Of a stretch of 64,000 nucleotides of DNA, positions 36,777 to 47,232 are shown piece by piece. The position numbers and the translations under genes are program-made. The notes below the pieces were generated by a model. That model ran no database searches and had not been told where the DNA came from. It saw only the letters and a list, made by a program, of their open reading frames with translations. Numbering within the stretch: position 1 is the stretch's first letter; each line of letters starts with the position of its first letter. Origin of the DNA: Candidatus Latescibacterota bacterium (lineage in GTDB: Bacteria > Latescibacterota > UBA2968 > UBA8231); the NCBI GenBank assembly GCA_965248355.1, contig OZ252098.1, positions 4,448,001 through 4,512,000 of the forward strand, written 5' to 3'.

Positions 36777-38497
36777 CGGAGGAGGCGCGGGTGAATCCAT
36801 TCGTGGAGGAGATCGTCGAGAGGACGGCCGCCGCCGGCCTGGACCCGTCCATCGTGCGCGGGCTGCTCGCCGTCCCGCCGGAGGAGAGCATGGGCGACTA
36901 CGCCCTGCCCTGCTTTACCCTGGCCAGGGAACTGCGCCGGAACCCGGCCCAGATCGCCGCCGACGTGGCCGAACGCATCCTCCCCGGGATCGGCCCCGGG
37001 GGCCGCATCGCCGCCGTCGCCGCCGCCGGGCCGTACGTCAACTTCACCCTCGACCGGCCCGCCTTCATCGGCCACACCCTCGACGAGATCGCCGCCCTCG
37101 GCCCGACCTACGGCTCCCGCGGACAGGGCGCCGGCCGGAGCCTGGCCCTCGACTTCTCCTCGCCGAACCTGGCCCGTCCGTTCTCCATCGCCCACCTGCG
37201 CTCCACCGCCATCGGCCACGCCATCTACCGCATCCACGAGTTCCTGGGCTGGCGCTGCGTCGGCATCAACTACTACGGCGACTACGGCGCCAACTTCGGC
37301 CAGCTCCTGGCGGCGTACGCCGCCTGGGGGGACGAGGAGCGCATCCGCGCCGATCCGATCCGGGAGCTGGTGGGCCTCTACGTGCGCTTCCACCGGGAGG
37401 CCGAGGCCGACCCGGGGCTGAGGGACCGGGCCCGGGACTGCCTGCGGGCCCTGGCCTCCGGCGACGAGGAGATGGTCCGGCTCTGGCGGTGGTTCTCCGA
37501 CGAGGGCCGCAAGGAGGCGGAGCGTATCTACGGCATCCTGGGCGTGCGCTTCGACGAGGTCCTGGGGGAGAGCCACTTCGCCGGCCAGCTCGACGAGGTG
37601 GCCGCCTTCTTCGAGGAACGGGGACTGGCGGAGGAGAGCGAGGGCGCCCTCATCGTGCCCCTCGAGGACCAGGCGGCGCCGCTCATGCTGCGCACCTCCA
37701 ACGGCACCAGCACCTACCACAGCCGGGACGTGGCGGCCCTGCTCTACCGGCAGCGCCAGCACGCCTTCGACAAGATGGTCTACGTCACCGACATGCGGCA
37801 GCGCCTGCACTTCGAGCAGCTCTTCGGCGCCCTGCGCCGGGCCGGCGTCGACTGGATCGACCGCTGCCAGCACGCGCCCTTCGGGCTCATGTCCTTCCGC
37901 GGCCGGGCCCTGGCCACGCGCAAGGGCGAGGTGATCATTCTCGAGGACGTCCTCGACCGGGCCATCGCCCTCACCGAGGGCATCATCGCCGAGAAGAACC
38001 CGGGTCTGGCCGGCGCCGCGGAGGTGGCGCGGCAGGTGGGGATCAGCGCCGTGGTCTTCGCCGACGTCAACAACCGCCGCACCCGGGACATCCACTTCTC
38101 CCTCGAGGAGGTCCTCAACTTCGACGGCGAGACCGGGCCGTACGTGCAGTACACCCACGCCCGCTACTGCAGCATCCTGCGGCGCCACGGCCGGCCCGTG
38201 GACCCGGCCGCCGACACCTCCCGCCTGGGGGAGGCGGGGGAGATGCGGCTGGCGCGCAAGCTCGCCGAGTTTCCCGATGTCGTCGACTCGGCGGCGGCGG
38301 AGAACGAGCCGTCGTACGCGGCCGGCTACCTGCTCGAGCTGGCCGCGGCGGCCAACAAGCTCTACAACGAGGTGCCCGTTCTGGTGGGCGGCGACGAGGG
38401 CCTGACGGCGGCGCGCGTGCGCCTCGCCGACGGGGCCCGCGGGGTGCTGCGCACGGGGCTCGACCTGCTGGGCATGAGCGCCCCCGAGGAGATGTAG
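36773..38497 (+). CDS. argS: arginyl-tRNA synthetase
   Basis: GPYVNF, DFSSPNLARPFSIAHLRSTAIG, GDYG, Q..HF.Q, GETGPYVQYTHAR, C-terminal PEEM. Confidence 0.93.
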   Translation: MTEEARVNPFVEEIVERTAAAGLDPSIVRGLLAVPPEESMGDYALPCFTLARELRRNPAQIAADVAERILPGIGPGGRIAAVAAAGPYVNFTLDRPAFIGHTLDEIAALGPTYGSRGQGAGRSLALDFSSPNLARPFSIAHLRSTAIGHAIYRIHEFLGWRCVGINYYGDYGANFGQLLAAYAAWGDEERIRADPIRELVGLYVRFHREAEADPGLRDRARDCLRALASGDEEMVRLWRWFSDEGRKEAERIYGILGVRFDEVLGESHFAGQLDEVAAFFEERGLAEESEGALIVPLEDQAAPLMLRTSNGTSTYHSRDVAALLYRQRQHAFDKMVYVTDMRQRLHFEQLFGALRRAGVDWIDRCQHAPFGLMSFRGRALATRKGEVIILEDVLDRAIALTEGIIAEKNPGLAGAAEVARQVGISAVVFADVNNRRTRDIHFSLEEVLNFDGETGPYVQYTHARYCSILRRHGRPVDPAADTSRLGEAGEMRLARKLAEFPDVVDSAAAENEPSYAAGYLLELAAAANKLYNEVPVLVGGDEGLTAARVRLADGARGVLRTGLDLLGMSAPEEM

Positions 38498-38499
38498 CC

Positions 38500-39036
38500 G
38501 TGGGCCGGCCGGCGCCGATCTTCCTCACCGGGTTCATGGCCACGGGCAAGAGCCGCATCGGCCGCCTGCTGGCGGCCCGTCTCGACCGCCCCTTCTACGA
38601 CACCGACGAGATGGTGGAGCGGCGGGCCGGGAGGACGGTCTCCGAGATCTTCTCCGCCTGCGGCGAGGAGGGCTTCCGCGAGCTGGAGTCGGCCTGCGTC
38701 CTCGAGGCCGCCCGCCAGGCCGGGGCCGTCGTCGCCCTCGGCGGGGGGGCCATCACGCGAACAGAGAACCGGGAGGCGATCCGCGCCGCCGGCGCCGTCC
38801 TGGTCTGCGTCGAGGCCGACGTGGAGGCCATTGTCCGGCGCCTCTCCCGGCGCGAGGACCGGCCCCTGCTGGCCGGCCTGACGCCCCATCAGCGGCGCCG
38901 CAAGGTGGAGGAGATGCTGGCCGAGCGGGCTCCCTATTACGCCGCCGCCCACATCACCGTTCGCACCTCGGAGGAGACCTCGGCCGAGGAGATGGCGGGC
39001 GGCCTGGCCGAGCGGCTCGGGGAGGGCCGCCCATGA
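38500..39036 (+). CDS. aroK: shikimate kinase
   Basis: GFMATGKS, DTD, GEEGFRELE, ALGGG, RPLL, ERAPYY. Confidence 0.92.
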   Translation: MGRPAPIFLTGFMATGKSRIGRLLAARLDRPFYDTDEMVERRAGRTVSEIFSACGEEGFRELESACVLEAARQAGAVVALGGGAITRTENREAIRAAGAVLVCVEADVEAIVRRLSRREDRPLLAGLTPHQRRRKVEEMLAERAPYYAAAHITVRTSEETSAEEMAGGLAERLGEGRP

Positions 39037-40136
39037 AGGAGATCACCGTCCGGCTGCCCGGGGGGAGGGACTACGACATCGTCGTCGGTCACGGCTCCCT
39101 CGAGGCCCTCGGGGAGCGCTGCCGGAGCCTGAATCTCGGCGGATCCTGCGCCCTCATCGGCGACGCGGCCCTGGCGGACACCTTTGTGGAGCAGGCCCGC
39201 CGCAGCCTGTGCGGCGCCGGCTTCGAGGTCCTGGTGCTCGGCTACGCCGCCGGCGAGGCGGGCAAGAACCTGGCCTCGGTGGAGGAGCTGGCGGGCGGCA
39301 TGTCCGGCGCCGGCCTCGACCGCGGCGCCTGGGTGGCCGCCGTGGGCGGGGGCGTCGTGGGCGACCTGGCCGGCTTCGTGGCCGCCAGCTACCTGCGCGG
39401 CGTCGACGTGGTCCAGGTGCCGACGACCATCGTCTCCCAGGTCGACGCCAGCATCGGCGGCAAGACGGCCGTCAACCTCCCCTCCGGCAAGAACCTGGTG
39501 GGCGCCTTCCACCAGCCGCGGCTGGTCCTGGCCGACACCGGGACCCTGCGCACCCTGCCCCGGGCGGAGGTCGTGGCCGGCCTGGCGGAGGTCGTCAAGC
39601 ACGGCGTCATCCGCGACGAGGAGCTCTTCGCCCTTCTCGAGCGGCGCCTGGAGGAGGTCGTGGAGATGCGCGTCGGCGCCGCGGAGCTGGACGCCCTGAT
39701 CGCCCGCAACGCGCGGATCAAGGGCGAGGTGGTCGCCGCCGACGAGCGCGAGGGCGGCCTGCGGGCCATCCTCAACTACGGACACACCCTGGGCCACGCC
39801 ATCGAGTCGGCCAGCGGCTACCGTTTCCGCCACGGCGAGGCCGTCCTGCTCGGCATGGCCGCCGCCTCCGAGATCGCGGCGCGCCTCGGGCTGTGGGAGA
39901 GCGCCGGGGCGCGCGCCCGCCACGACGCCCTCGTGGAGCGGCTGGGCGTGCCCTCCGGAGTCGGCGGGATCGACGCAGGCCGTATCTTTGAACGCACCCG
40001 GTCCGACAAGAAGCGGGCCGCCGGCCGCAATCGCTTCGTCCTGGCCCGCGGCATCGGCCGCGTGGAGGTCGTGGACGGCGTCGACGACGCCGTCGTCCGC
40101 GAAGCCGTATCCTCTCTACAGCACAGGTACCCATGA
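39033..40136 (+). CDS. aroB: 3-dehydroquinate synthase
   Basis: GGGVVGDLAGF, PTT..QVDASIGGKT, KNLVGAFHQP, LNYGHTLGHAIE, HGEAV, DKK. Confidence 0.95.
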   Translation: MKEITVRLPGGRDYDIVVGHGSLEALGERCRSLNLGGSCALIGDAALADTFVEQARRSLCGAGFEVLVLGYAAGEAGKNLASVEELAGGMSGAGLDRGAWVAAVGGGVVGDLAGFVAASYLRGVDVVQVPTTIVSQVDASIGGKTAVNLPSGKNLVGAFHQPRLVLADTGTLRTLPRAEVVAGLAEVVKHGVIRDEELFALLERRLEEVVEMRVGAAELDALIARNARIKGEVVAADEREGGLRAILNYGHTLGHAIESASGYRFRHGEAVLLGMAAASEIAARLGLWESAGARARHDALVERLGVPSGVGGIDAGRIFERTRSDKKRAAGRNRFVLARGIGRVEVVDGVDDAVVREAVSSLQHRYP

Positions 40137-41497
40137 GCGACCCCCGCGTCCACCTGATCAGCCTCGGCTGCCCCAAGAACACGGTCGACTCCGAGCGCAT
40201 GCTCGGCCTGCTGCGCGGCAACGACTACGCCCTCACCGGCGATCCGCGGGAAGCGGACGTGGTCATCGTCAATACCTGCGGTTTCATCGAGCCGGCCAAG
40301 GAGGAGTCCATCGACACGATCCTGGCCGCCGCCCGGCTCAAGGACTCCGGCCGCTGCAAGGGCGTCGTGGTCACCGGCTGCCTGTCGACCCGGTACGAGG
40401 AGGAGCTGAAGACGGAGCTGGCCGAGGCCGACGTGGTCCTCACCCTGCGCGAGGAGCGGGACATCGTGCGCCACGTGGACCGCCTCCTCGGCAAGGGCCG
40501 CGGCCACTATGTCGATCGCCTGCCGCGCACGAGCCTGACGCCGCGCCACTGGGCCTACCTGCGCATCTCCGACGGCTGCGATCACCAATGCGCGTTCTGC
40601 GCCATCCCCGCCATCCGGGGCCGCCACGTGAGCGAGCCCGTGGAGGTCCTGGTGGCCGAGGCCGAGCGTCTGGCGGCGGCGGGCGTGCGCGAGCTGGTCC
40701 TGGTGGCGCAGGACTCGGTGCGCTACGGCGCCGATCTCTACGGCCGGCCGCAACTGGTGCCGCTGCTGGAGAAGCTGGCCGAGGTGGAAGGGATCGAGTG
40801 GCTGCGGCTGATGTACACCTACCCGGCCTTCTGGACCAAGGAGATGCTCGACTTCTACGGCGGCCACCCGAAGATGTGCCGCTACGTCGACATGCCCCTG
40901 CAGCACATCGCCGACCCCGTGCTGCGGCGCATGAAGCGGGCCACGACGCGCCGCAAGACCCTCGACCTGCTGGACCGCCTGCGCCGGCGCCTGCCCGGCG
41001 TCGGCCTGCGCTCCTCCTTCATCGTCGGCTTTCCCGGCGAGACGGAGGCGCAGTTCGAGGAGCTGCTGGCCTTCATCGAGACGACCCGCTTCGACAACGC
41101 CACCGGCTTCCTCTACTCCGACGAGGAGGGCACCCCCGCCTTCGAGCTGGACGGCAAGCTTCCCGCGCACGTGGCGGCCGAGCGCTACCGCCGCCTGAGC
41201 CAGCTCCAGGAGCGCATCTCGGCGGCGATCAACCACGACATGGTCGGCTCGCGGCGGACCGTGCTGATCGACGCGGTCTCGGAGGGGCGGATCACCGGCC
41301 GTCTCGAGCGCGACGCCCCGGAGATCGACGGGCAGGTCGTCCTCGAGGCGCCCCCGGAGGCGGGGCTGACCCACATCGAGGGCGCGGCGCCGGCCGCCCC
41401 GGCCGCGGACGGATGGGCCGGCCGGTTCGCCGAGGTGGAGATCACCGGCGCCCACGCCTACGAGCTGGAGGCGCGGCTGGCGGGAGAGGTCTGGTGA
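40133..41497 (+). CDS. rimO: ribosomal protein S12 methylthiotransferase
   Basis: SLGCPKNTVDSE, NTCGFI, CDHQCAFC radical-SAM motif, DAPEIDG. Confidence 0.95.
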   Translation: MSDPRVHLISLGCPKNTVDSERMLGLLRGNDYALTGDPREADVVIVNTCGFIEPAKEESIDTILAAARLKDSGRCKGVVVTGCLSTRYEEELKTELAEADVVLTLREERDIVRHVDRLLGKGRGHYVDRLPRTSLTPRHWAYLRISDGCDHQCAFCAIPAIRGRHVSEPVEVLVAEAERLAAAGVRELVLVAQDSVRYGADLYGRPQLVPLLEKLAEVEGIEWLRLMYTYPAFWTKEMLDFYGGHPKMCRYVDMPLQHIADPVLRRMKRATTRRKTLDLLDRLRRRLPGVGLRSSFIVGFPGETEAQFEELLAFIETTRFDNATGFLYSDEEGTPAFELDGKLPAHVAAERYRRLSQLQERISAAINHDMVGSRRTVLIDAVSEGRITGRLERDAPEIDGQVVLEAPPEAGLTHIEGAAPAAPAADGWAGRFAEVEITGAHAYELEARLAGEVW

Positions 41498-41841
41498 TGC
41501 GAGCTCTCGCGGAACGGAGGAAGCGCCGTCCGGCGGGCATCGATCTCGGCGAAGAGGCCCTGACCATCCACTGGCAGGACGGCCGCGAGAGCCGTTACGA
41601 GCTGCAGGCCCTGCGCCTGCAGTGCCCCTGCGCGATCTGCCGGCAGAAGCGCGGCGAGCCCCACGGACCGCAGCTGGTCGGGGGGGTGGAACTGCCCATC
41701 GTCACCACCGAAGAGCTCACACCCACCTCCGAGGCCAGGGGCTTCGACCCCGTGGGCCGCTACGGCATCCGCATCCACTGGGCCGACGGCCACGAGGACG
41801 GCATCTACACCTTCGAGATGCTGCGCGGCCTCGACGGCTGA
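41497..41841 (+). CDS. DUF971/GBBH-like N-terminal domain protein
   Basis: LRLQCPCAIC, VGRYGIRIHWADGHEDGIYTF. Confidence 0.85.
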   Translation: MRALAERRKRRPAGIDLGEEALTIHWQDGRESRYELQALRLQCPCAICRQKRGEPHGPQLVGGVELPIVTTEELTPTSEARGFDPVGRYGIRIHWADGHEDGIYTFEMLRGLDG

Positions 41842-43919
41842 TCAGGCCCCTGCGCCGCCGGCTTCGGCAGCGGCGCCCGCCCGATCCACAACTCCAGCAG
41901 CAGCAGCACCAGCGCCAGGACCAGGCATTCCCGCCACAGCTCGCGCCCGTGGCGCAGGGCCAGGACGCGCTCCCCCACCGCGGTCTCGTCGTCGAGGAAG
42001 TGGAGGCTGGCGCCCGGCAGCCGCCGCCGGATCTCCTGCTCCGGCCAGGCCGAGAGGTCGGACTCGGCGGCGTCGACGTTGACGGCGAACTCGTCGCGCA
42101 CGCCGCCGTCGGGCCCGACCAGGCGCCAGATGCCCGCCTCCTCCAGCGGGGGCAGGGCCCAGCGCAGGTCCCCGAGAGAGGTCTCCGCCCGGATGAAGCG
42201 CCGGCGGCCGGAGGGCGCCTGCGCCTGCATGCGGTCGTCGACCCGGGAACCGGGAAGCCGCCGCCAGGCCCGGTCCCCCACCGTGTAGTCGGCGCCCCCC
42301 GCCGGCTGGGCGAGGTAGCGGCACAACCGGTGCAGGAGCGGCACGAAGGAGCCGCTCCGGGGCCAGTCGCTCCAGGCCAGGTCCAGCGGCACCGCCCACA
42401 GCAGGGCCCGCCCGTCGCCGGGACGGCCCTCGACCAGGGCGGGCTTGCCGTCGTCGAAGCGGGCGAGCACGGACAACTGGCGCCGGGTGACCAGGTCGAA
42501 GCGGGCCCGGAACCGGGGCCGGTCCCCGGACTCCGCCACCAGGCCGGCGAAGAGCCGGGCGTCGGCGCGGCTCGAGTCGAGGGCGACGTAGGCCTCCTCG
42601 CCCGGCCGCCCGGCGATCCCGGCCAGGGTGGCCGGCACGAGCCCCGGCAGCCAGTCCCGGTTGAGGCGGGCCAGGTCGGCCTGCGGGCCGGGCAGCAGCA
42701 GCAGTCCGCCGCCGGCCTCGACGAAGCGCCGCACCTGCCTGGCCAGCCTCGGGGGCGGGTCCTCCAGGTGGCACAGGACCAGCACGTCGACGCCGGCCAG
42801 GGCTTCCTCGTCGAGCTCTGGGAAGGTGACGGATTCCACCTGCAGGGCGGCGTCGCCGGTGGCCGCGGCGGCCAGCGCCCGGCGGGCGTAGTAGGTGTCG
42901 CCGCGGTCCGGCCCCGCCAGCAGCACGGAGATGCGGTCCGGCACGTGGAGGGTGAAGTGGCGGCGGTTGTCGAGGGGCAGGTCATCGGCCTCGACCTCCA
43001 CGAAGCCGGTGAGCCGGCCGCTGCGCCGCGGGGCGACCTCGAATTCCACCGCCGCCGTGCCCGACGCCGGCACCTGGACCCGCCGCCGCTGCACGCGCTC
43101 TCCATCGAGGAAGAGGTCCACGGAAAGGCGGGCCTCCCCGCCCCCGGACTGGCCCACCCGGGCGCCGATGTTCAGGCGCGTGCCGGGCGCGGCCAGCCAG
43201 CCGGCGGCGCCGACCTCGGCCACGTAGAGGTTGCGCCGTCTCCCGCCGGAGGGGGAGATGACGAACAGGGACTGCGGGTTCGTGCCGGAGAGGCCGGGGC
43301 GCATGTCCTCCCAGCCGGGCCGGGCGCGGTCCGTGAACAGGTAGATCTCGCCCCGCGCCGCCGGCGTCCGGGCCAGCTGCCGGCCCGCCGCCCGCAGGGC
43401 CCGCGACACGTCGGTGCCGGCCTCCCCCGGGGCGCGCGCGGCCAGACGCTCCCGCAGAAGGCGGACGGCCGAGGCGCGGTCGGCGGTGTCGGGGCGCGCG
43501 GCGAAGGGGATCACGCTGACCCGGTGGCGGCCGTCCTCGTACAGGGACAGGACCTCGTCGGCGCGCAGGCGCAGGCGGTCGAAGGCGCGTCCTCCGGGCG
43601 GGCTGTAGCGGGTGCTGAAGGAGTGGTCGAGGAGGAGCACGGCCGCGGCCGGCCGCGAACCTCCGAAGAGGCCGGCGCCCTCCTGCAGGGCGGGGCGGGC
43701 GCAGGCCAGGGCCAGGCAGGCGAAGGCGAGCATGCGCAGCAGCAGGACCAGCCACTGGCGCAGGCGCAGGCCGCGCATGTGGCTGAGGTGGACCTGCCGC
43801 AGGAAGCCGACGTTGCTGAAGGGGACGACCCGGGGCCGCCCGCGGTGCAGGAGGTGGACGGCGAGGGGGATGAGGGCCGCCGCCAGCCCGGCCAGGGCCA
43901 GGGGGTTGAGGAACTGCAA
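41805..43919 (-). CDS. BatA-domain/vWA membrane-anchored protein
   Basis: FLNP..LAAALIPLAVHLL..FSNVGFL..LALACARP (BatA), LLDHSFS (MIDAS-like), C-terminal transmembrane helix. Confidence 0.8.
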   Translation of the reverse strand: MQFLNPLALAGLAAALIPLAVHLLHRGRPRVVPFSNVGFLRQVHLSHMRGLRLRQWLVLLLRMLAFACLALACARPALQEGAGLFGGSRPAAAVLLLDHSFSTRYSPPGGRAFDRLRLRADEVLSLYEDGRHRVSVIPFAARPDTADRASAVRLLRERLAARAPGEAGTDVSRALRAAGRQLARTPAARGEIYLFTDRARPGWEDMRPGLSGTNPQSLFVISPSGGRRRNLYVAEVGAAGWLAAPGTRLNIGARVGQSGGGEARLSVDLFLDGERVQRRRVQVPASGTAAVEFEVAPRRSGRLTGFVEVEADDLPLDNRRHFTLHVPDRISVLLAGPDRGDTYYARRALAAAATGDAALQVESVTFPELDEEALAGVDVLVLCHLEDPPPRLARQVRRFVEAGGGLLLLPGPQADLARLNRDWLPGLVPATLAGIAGRPGEEAYVALDSSRADARLFAGLVAESGDRPRFRARFDLVTRRQLSVLARFDDGKPALVEGRPGDGRALLWAVPLDLAWSDWPRSGSFVPLLHRLCRYLAQPAGGADYTVGDRAWRRLPGSRVDDRMQAQAPSGRRRFIRAETSLGDLRWALPPLEEAGIWRLVGPDGGVRDEFAVNVDAAESDLSAWPEQEIRRRLPGASLHFLDDETAVGERVLALRHGRELWRECLVLALVLLLLELWIGRAPLPKPAAQGPDQPSRPRSISKV

Positions 43920-43934
43920 GGGGGGGCGCCGCCG

Positions 43935-44408
43935 CTACCCGGCGGGCGGGTGGCTCTTCTCTTCTTCTCCGATGACCTCGAGGATCTCCTCGGAGGTCCC
44001 GGCCTCGATCAGCTTCTTCTTGAACCTGTCGTTCTTCAACATGCGGGAGATGCGGGCCAGGGCCTTGATGTGGGGGCCCGAGATGCTGGCGGGCGAGACC
44101 AGGAGGAAGAAGACGAAGGTCGGCTCGCCGTCGAGGGCCTCGAAGTAGACGCCGCGCTTGTGGATGCCGAGGGCGGCGGCGAGCTCGATGACGGCATCGG
44201 ACTTGCCGTGGGGGATGGCGATCCCGTCGCCGATGCCGGTGCTCATGATCTTCTCGCGATCGAGCACGGCCTGGAGCACCTTGTCCCGGTCGGTGATGGA
44301 GGCGTCGACCTCGAGCGAGTCGACGAGCTCCTCGATGATGTCGTCCTTGGTCTCCCCCTTCAGGCCGACGATGGCCGCCTTGACGGAGAGGATATCCAGC
44401 AGGCTCAT
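43935..44408 (-). CDS. PTS EIIA component (fructose/Ntr family)
   Basis: REKIMSTGIGDGIAIPHGK, ALDGEP, HIKALARISR. Confidence 0.9.
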   Translation of the reverse strand: MSLLDILSVKAAIVGLKGETKDDIIEELVDSLEVDASITDRDKVLQAVLDREKIMSTGIGDGIAIPHGKSDAVIELAAALGIHKRGVYFEALDGEPTFVFFLLVSPASISGPHIKALARISRMLKNDRFKKKLIEAGTSEEILEVIGEEEKSHPPAG

Positions 44409-44632
44409 GACCCTCCACATCATCCGTTACGGGTCCGGACCCCCGCGCGGCGCCGGTCCCTTCGGGCCTCTTCGGCCGAGGGGCTCGGGCCGTGCGCACC
44501 ACGGTTTTTCAATATAGGCCATCCCCCGGAAAGCGGCTACAGGGCGCGGACCTCGCGGCGGTTTGAGCCGGCCCCGGCGGAGACCTAGTTTCCCGGCGCG
44601 CCCGCCCCCCCCTCCTTCCCGCCTTCCCGCAG

Positions 44633-45958
44633 ATGACGAGACCGCTGCAGGCCACCCCGGCCCCGCCTCCCCGGACCGTTCTGTTCGTCGCCTACCACTA
44701 CCCGCCCATGCGGTCGCCGGGGGTGGAGCGCTCGGCCCGGTTCACCCGCTACCTGCCGGAGTTCGGCTACCGGCCCCGGGTGGTGGGCACGGGCGCCTTC
44801 GGGACTTCGGCGGACGGGGTGATCCGCGCCTGGGAACCCCTGGCCCTCTACCGGCGCCTCTTCAACCCCGCCGCCCGCAAGAAAGGTCCCGCGGCGACCC
44901 GCACCCGCACCCGGGGCCCCCTGGCCGGCCTCTCGGCGCGGGCGCGGCGCTCGCTGCTGGTTCCCGACGGACAGATCACCTGGGTCCCGGGGGCCGCTCT
45001 CGCGGCGCTGCGCTGGGTGCGGCGGCACGGGGCCGACCTGATCTACACGACCAGCCCGCCGGCCTCGGCGCACCTGCTCGGCGGGCTGCTGAAGGCGCAG
45101 ACGGGGTTGCCGTGGATCGCCGACTTCCGCGACGCCTGGCTCTACGACCCCCTGGACCCGGTCCTGCTGGAGAGGCCCTTCCGGCGCGAGCTGGAGCGCC
45201 GTCTCGAGGAACGGGTGCTCACCGAGGCCGATGCCGTGATCACGGCGACGCGGACCACGGCCGAGGACTTCGTGTGCCGCTACCCGGCGGCGGCCCCCAA
45301 GGTGCGCGTCATCACCAACGGTTTCGACCCGGCCGACGAGGAGCCGCCGCCAGACGAGGCCGGCCCGCAGATCGCGCCTGTCCCCGGACGCCTGATCCTG
45401 GTGCACACGGGCAGCTTCGCCTACAGCCATCCACGCCGCTCCATCGCGCCCCTGGAGCGGGCCCTGCGCCGGCTGGTGGACACCGAGCCGGTGTGGTGCG
45501 ACCGCCTCGAGCTGATCCTGGTGGGAGAGCTGTCGCCTGCCGAGCAGGCCGCCGTGGCGGCCCTGGCCGACCTCGGCGTGGTGCGCCTCACCGGGGCCGT
45601 CGACCGCGCCGCGGCCCTGGCCTTCCAGCGGCGCGCCGACGTGCTGCTCCTCGTGGACCACCCGAGGCCCTGGCCCGCCTCCAACGCCCCGGGCAAGCTC
45701 TTCGAGTACCTCGCCGCCGGCCAGCCGATCCTCGCCCTGTGCGGCGAGGGGGAGGTGCGGCGCACGGTGGACGAGCTGGGGGCCGGCCTGTGCGCTCCCC
45801 CGGACGACACGGACGGCATCGAGCAGGCCCTGCGGCGGCTCTGGTCCGGCTGGCGGGAGGGGTCCCTGCCGAGGGCGGGCGCGGGCCTGGAGCGGTTCCA
45901 CCGGCGCGAGCTGACACGCCAGCTGGCGGCGTGCTTCGACGAGGTCCTCGGCGCTTGA
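44633..45958 (+). CDS. glycosyltransferase family 4
   Basis: AYHYPP, TTSPP, ADFRDAW, ITNGFD, PGKLFEYLA. Confidence 0.85.
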   Translation: MTRPLQATPAPPPRTVLFVAYHYPPMRSPGVERSARFTRYLPEFGYRPRVVGTGAFGTSADGVIRAWEPLALYRRLFNPAARKKGPAATRTRTRGPLAGLSARARRSLLVPDGQITWVPGAALAALRWVRRHGADLIYTTSPPASAHLLGGLLKAQTGLPWIADFRDAWLYDPLDPVLLERPFRRELERRLEERVLTEADAVITATRTTAEDFVCRYPAAAPKVRVITNGFDPADEEPPPDEAGPQIAPVPGRLILVHTGSFAYSHPRRSIAPLERALRRLVDTEPVWCDRLELILVGELSPAEQAAVAALADLGVVRLTGAVDRAAALAFQRRADVLLLVDHPRPWPASNAPGKLFEYLAAGQPILALCGEGEVRRTVDELGAGLCAPPDDTDGIEQALRRLWSGWREGSLPRAGAGLERFHRRELTRQLAACFDEVLGA

Positions 45959-45972
45959 GCCGCCGTCTCCGG

Positions 45973-47232
45973 ATGGGCTGGACCCCGTGGCTCTTCGCCG
46001 GGGCCGCGGCGCTGCGCATCCTCTACGTGACCCTCGCCCCCGAGGCGCCCCCCCAGGACACCCCCGACTACGACGAGATCGCCCGCAACCTGCTCTCCGG
46101 GGCGGGGTTCGTCTCCCAGGAGAACTGGTTCGGACACCCCGTGCGCTCCTGGCGCGCCCCGGGCTATCCGCTGCTGCTGGCCGCCGTCTACGGGGTCGCC
46201 GGCCCCGGGCACCTGGCGGTGAAGCTGGTTCAGGCGGTCCTGGGTGCGGTCACGGTGCTGTTCGTCTACCTGCTGGCGCGGCGGCTGCGCCCCGCCGCGG
46301 CGCCCCTGGCCGGCCTCGCCGCCGCCCTCTACCCCCCGCTGGTGGCCGGCGCCAACGAGGTGATGAGCGAGTGCCTGTTCACCACCCTGCTGGTGGCCGC
46401 CCTCTGGGCCGTGGTGGAGAGCCGCCACCGGCGCAGCCTCAGCGGGGCCTTCGGCGCCGGGGTGCTGATCGCCCTGGCCGGCCTCACCCGGCCGGTGGGC
46501 CTGCTCGCGGCGCCCGCCGTGCTGGCCGTGGCCGCCTGGGCGGACCGGGCCGCGCTCATGGCCTGGCTGCGCCGATGGGCCCTTCCCCTTGGCGCCGGTC
46601 TCGTGGTGGCCGTGGCGCCGTGGACGGCGCGCAACGGCCTGGTCCACGGCGCCTTCGTCCCCGTCTCCACCCACGGCGGCTTCATCGTCGCCCGCAGCAA
46701 CGCCGACCACCCGGACTGGCGGCGGCCCGACGGCTGGCGCATCGACCGCGCCCTCTTCGAGGCCGTGCCCGGGGAGGTGGAGCGGGACCGGCGCTGGTGG
46801 CGGCAGGGCCTGGGCTGGATCGCCGCCCACCCCCTCGCCTACCTGCGGCTGGCGGGCGAGCGCTTCCTGCGGTTCTGGTACTTCTTCCAGCCCGGGTACA
46901 ACGCCGCCTTCGTGCTGGCGGCCCCCTTCTGGGTCTACGGACTGCTCCGCTGGGGGCGAAGTCCGGGATTCCACCACCCGGCGGCCGTCTGCGCCGTCTC
47001 GGTGGCCGTCTTCTGCCTGGTCCTCTACGGCTCGACGCGCTTTCGCCTGCCCCTGGAGCCGTTCCTCCTGGTCTTCGCCGCCGCCGCCGCCCACGAGGGC
47101 TGGCGCCGCCGGGGCCGTCCCTTCGCCGCGGCCTGCGGCGCCTGGGCGGCGCTGCAGGGCCTGGTCTGGTGGCAGGAGGAGGCCGCCCGGTCCGCGGTGA
47201 TCGCGGTCCTCGAGGCGGGAGGCCTGCGGTGA
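45973..47232 (+). CDS. ArnT/PMT-like (GT-C) membrane glycosyltransferase
   Basis: DTPDY, RAPGYP, MSECLF, multiple TM helices, PWTARN, RFRLP. Confidence 0.75.
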   Translation: MGWTPWLFAGAAALRILYVTLAPEAPPQDTPDYDEIARNLLSGAGFVSQENWFGHPVRSWRAPGYPLLLAAVYGVAGPGHLAVKLVQAVLGAVTVLFVYLLARRLRPAAAPLAGLAAALYPPLVAGANEVMSECLFTTLLVAALWAVVESRHRRSLSGAFGAGVLIALAGLTRPVGLLAAPAVLAVAAWADRAALMAWLRRWALPLGAGLVVAVAPWTARNGLVHGAFVPVSTHGGFIVARSNADHPDWRRPDGWRIDRALFEAVPGEVERDRRWWRQGLGWIAAHPLAYLRLAGERFLRFWYFFQPGYNAAFVLAAPFWVYGLLRWGRSPGFHHPAAVCAVSVAVFCLVLYGSTRFRLPLEPFLLVFAAAAAHEGWRRRGRPFAAACGAWAALQGLVWWQEEAARSAVIAVLEAGGLR

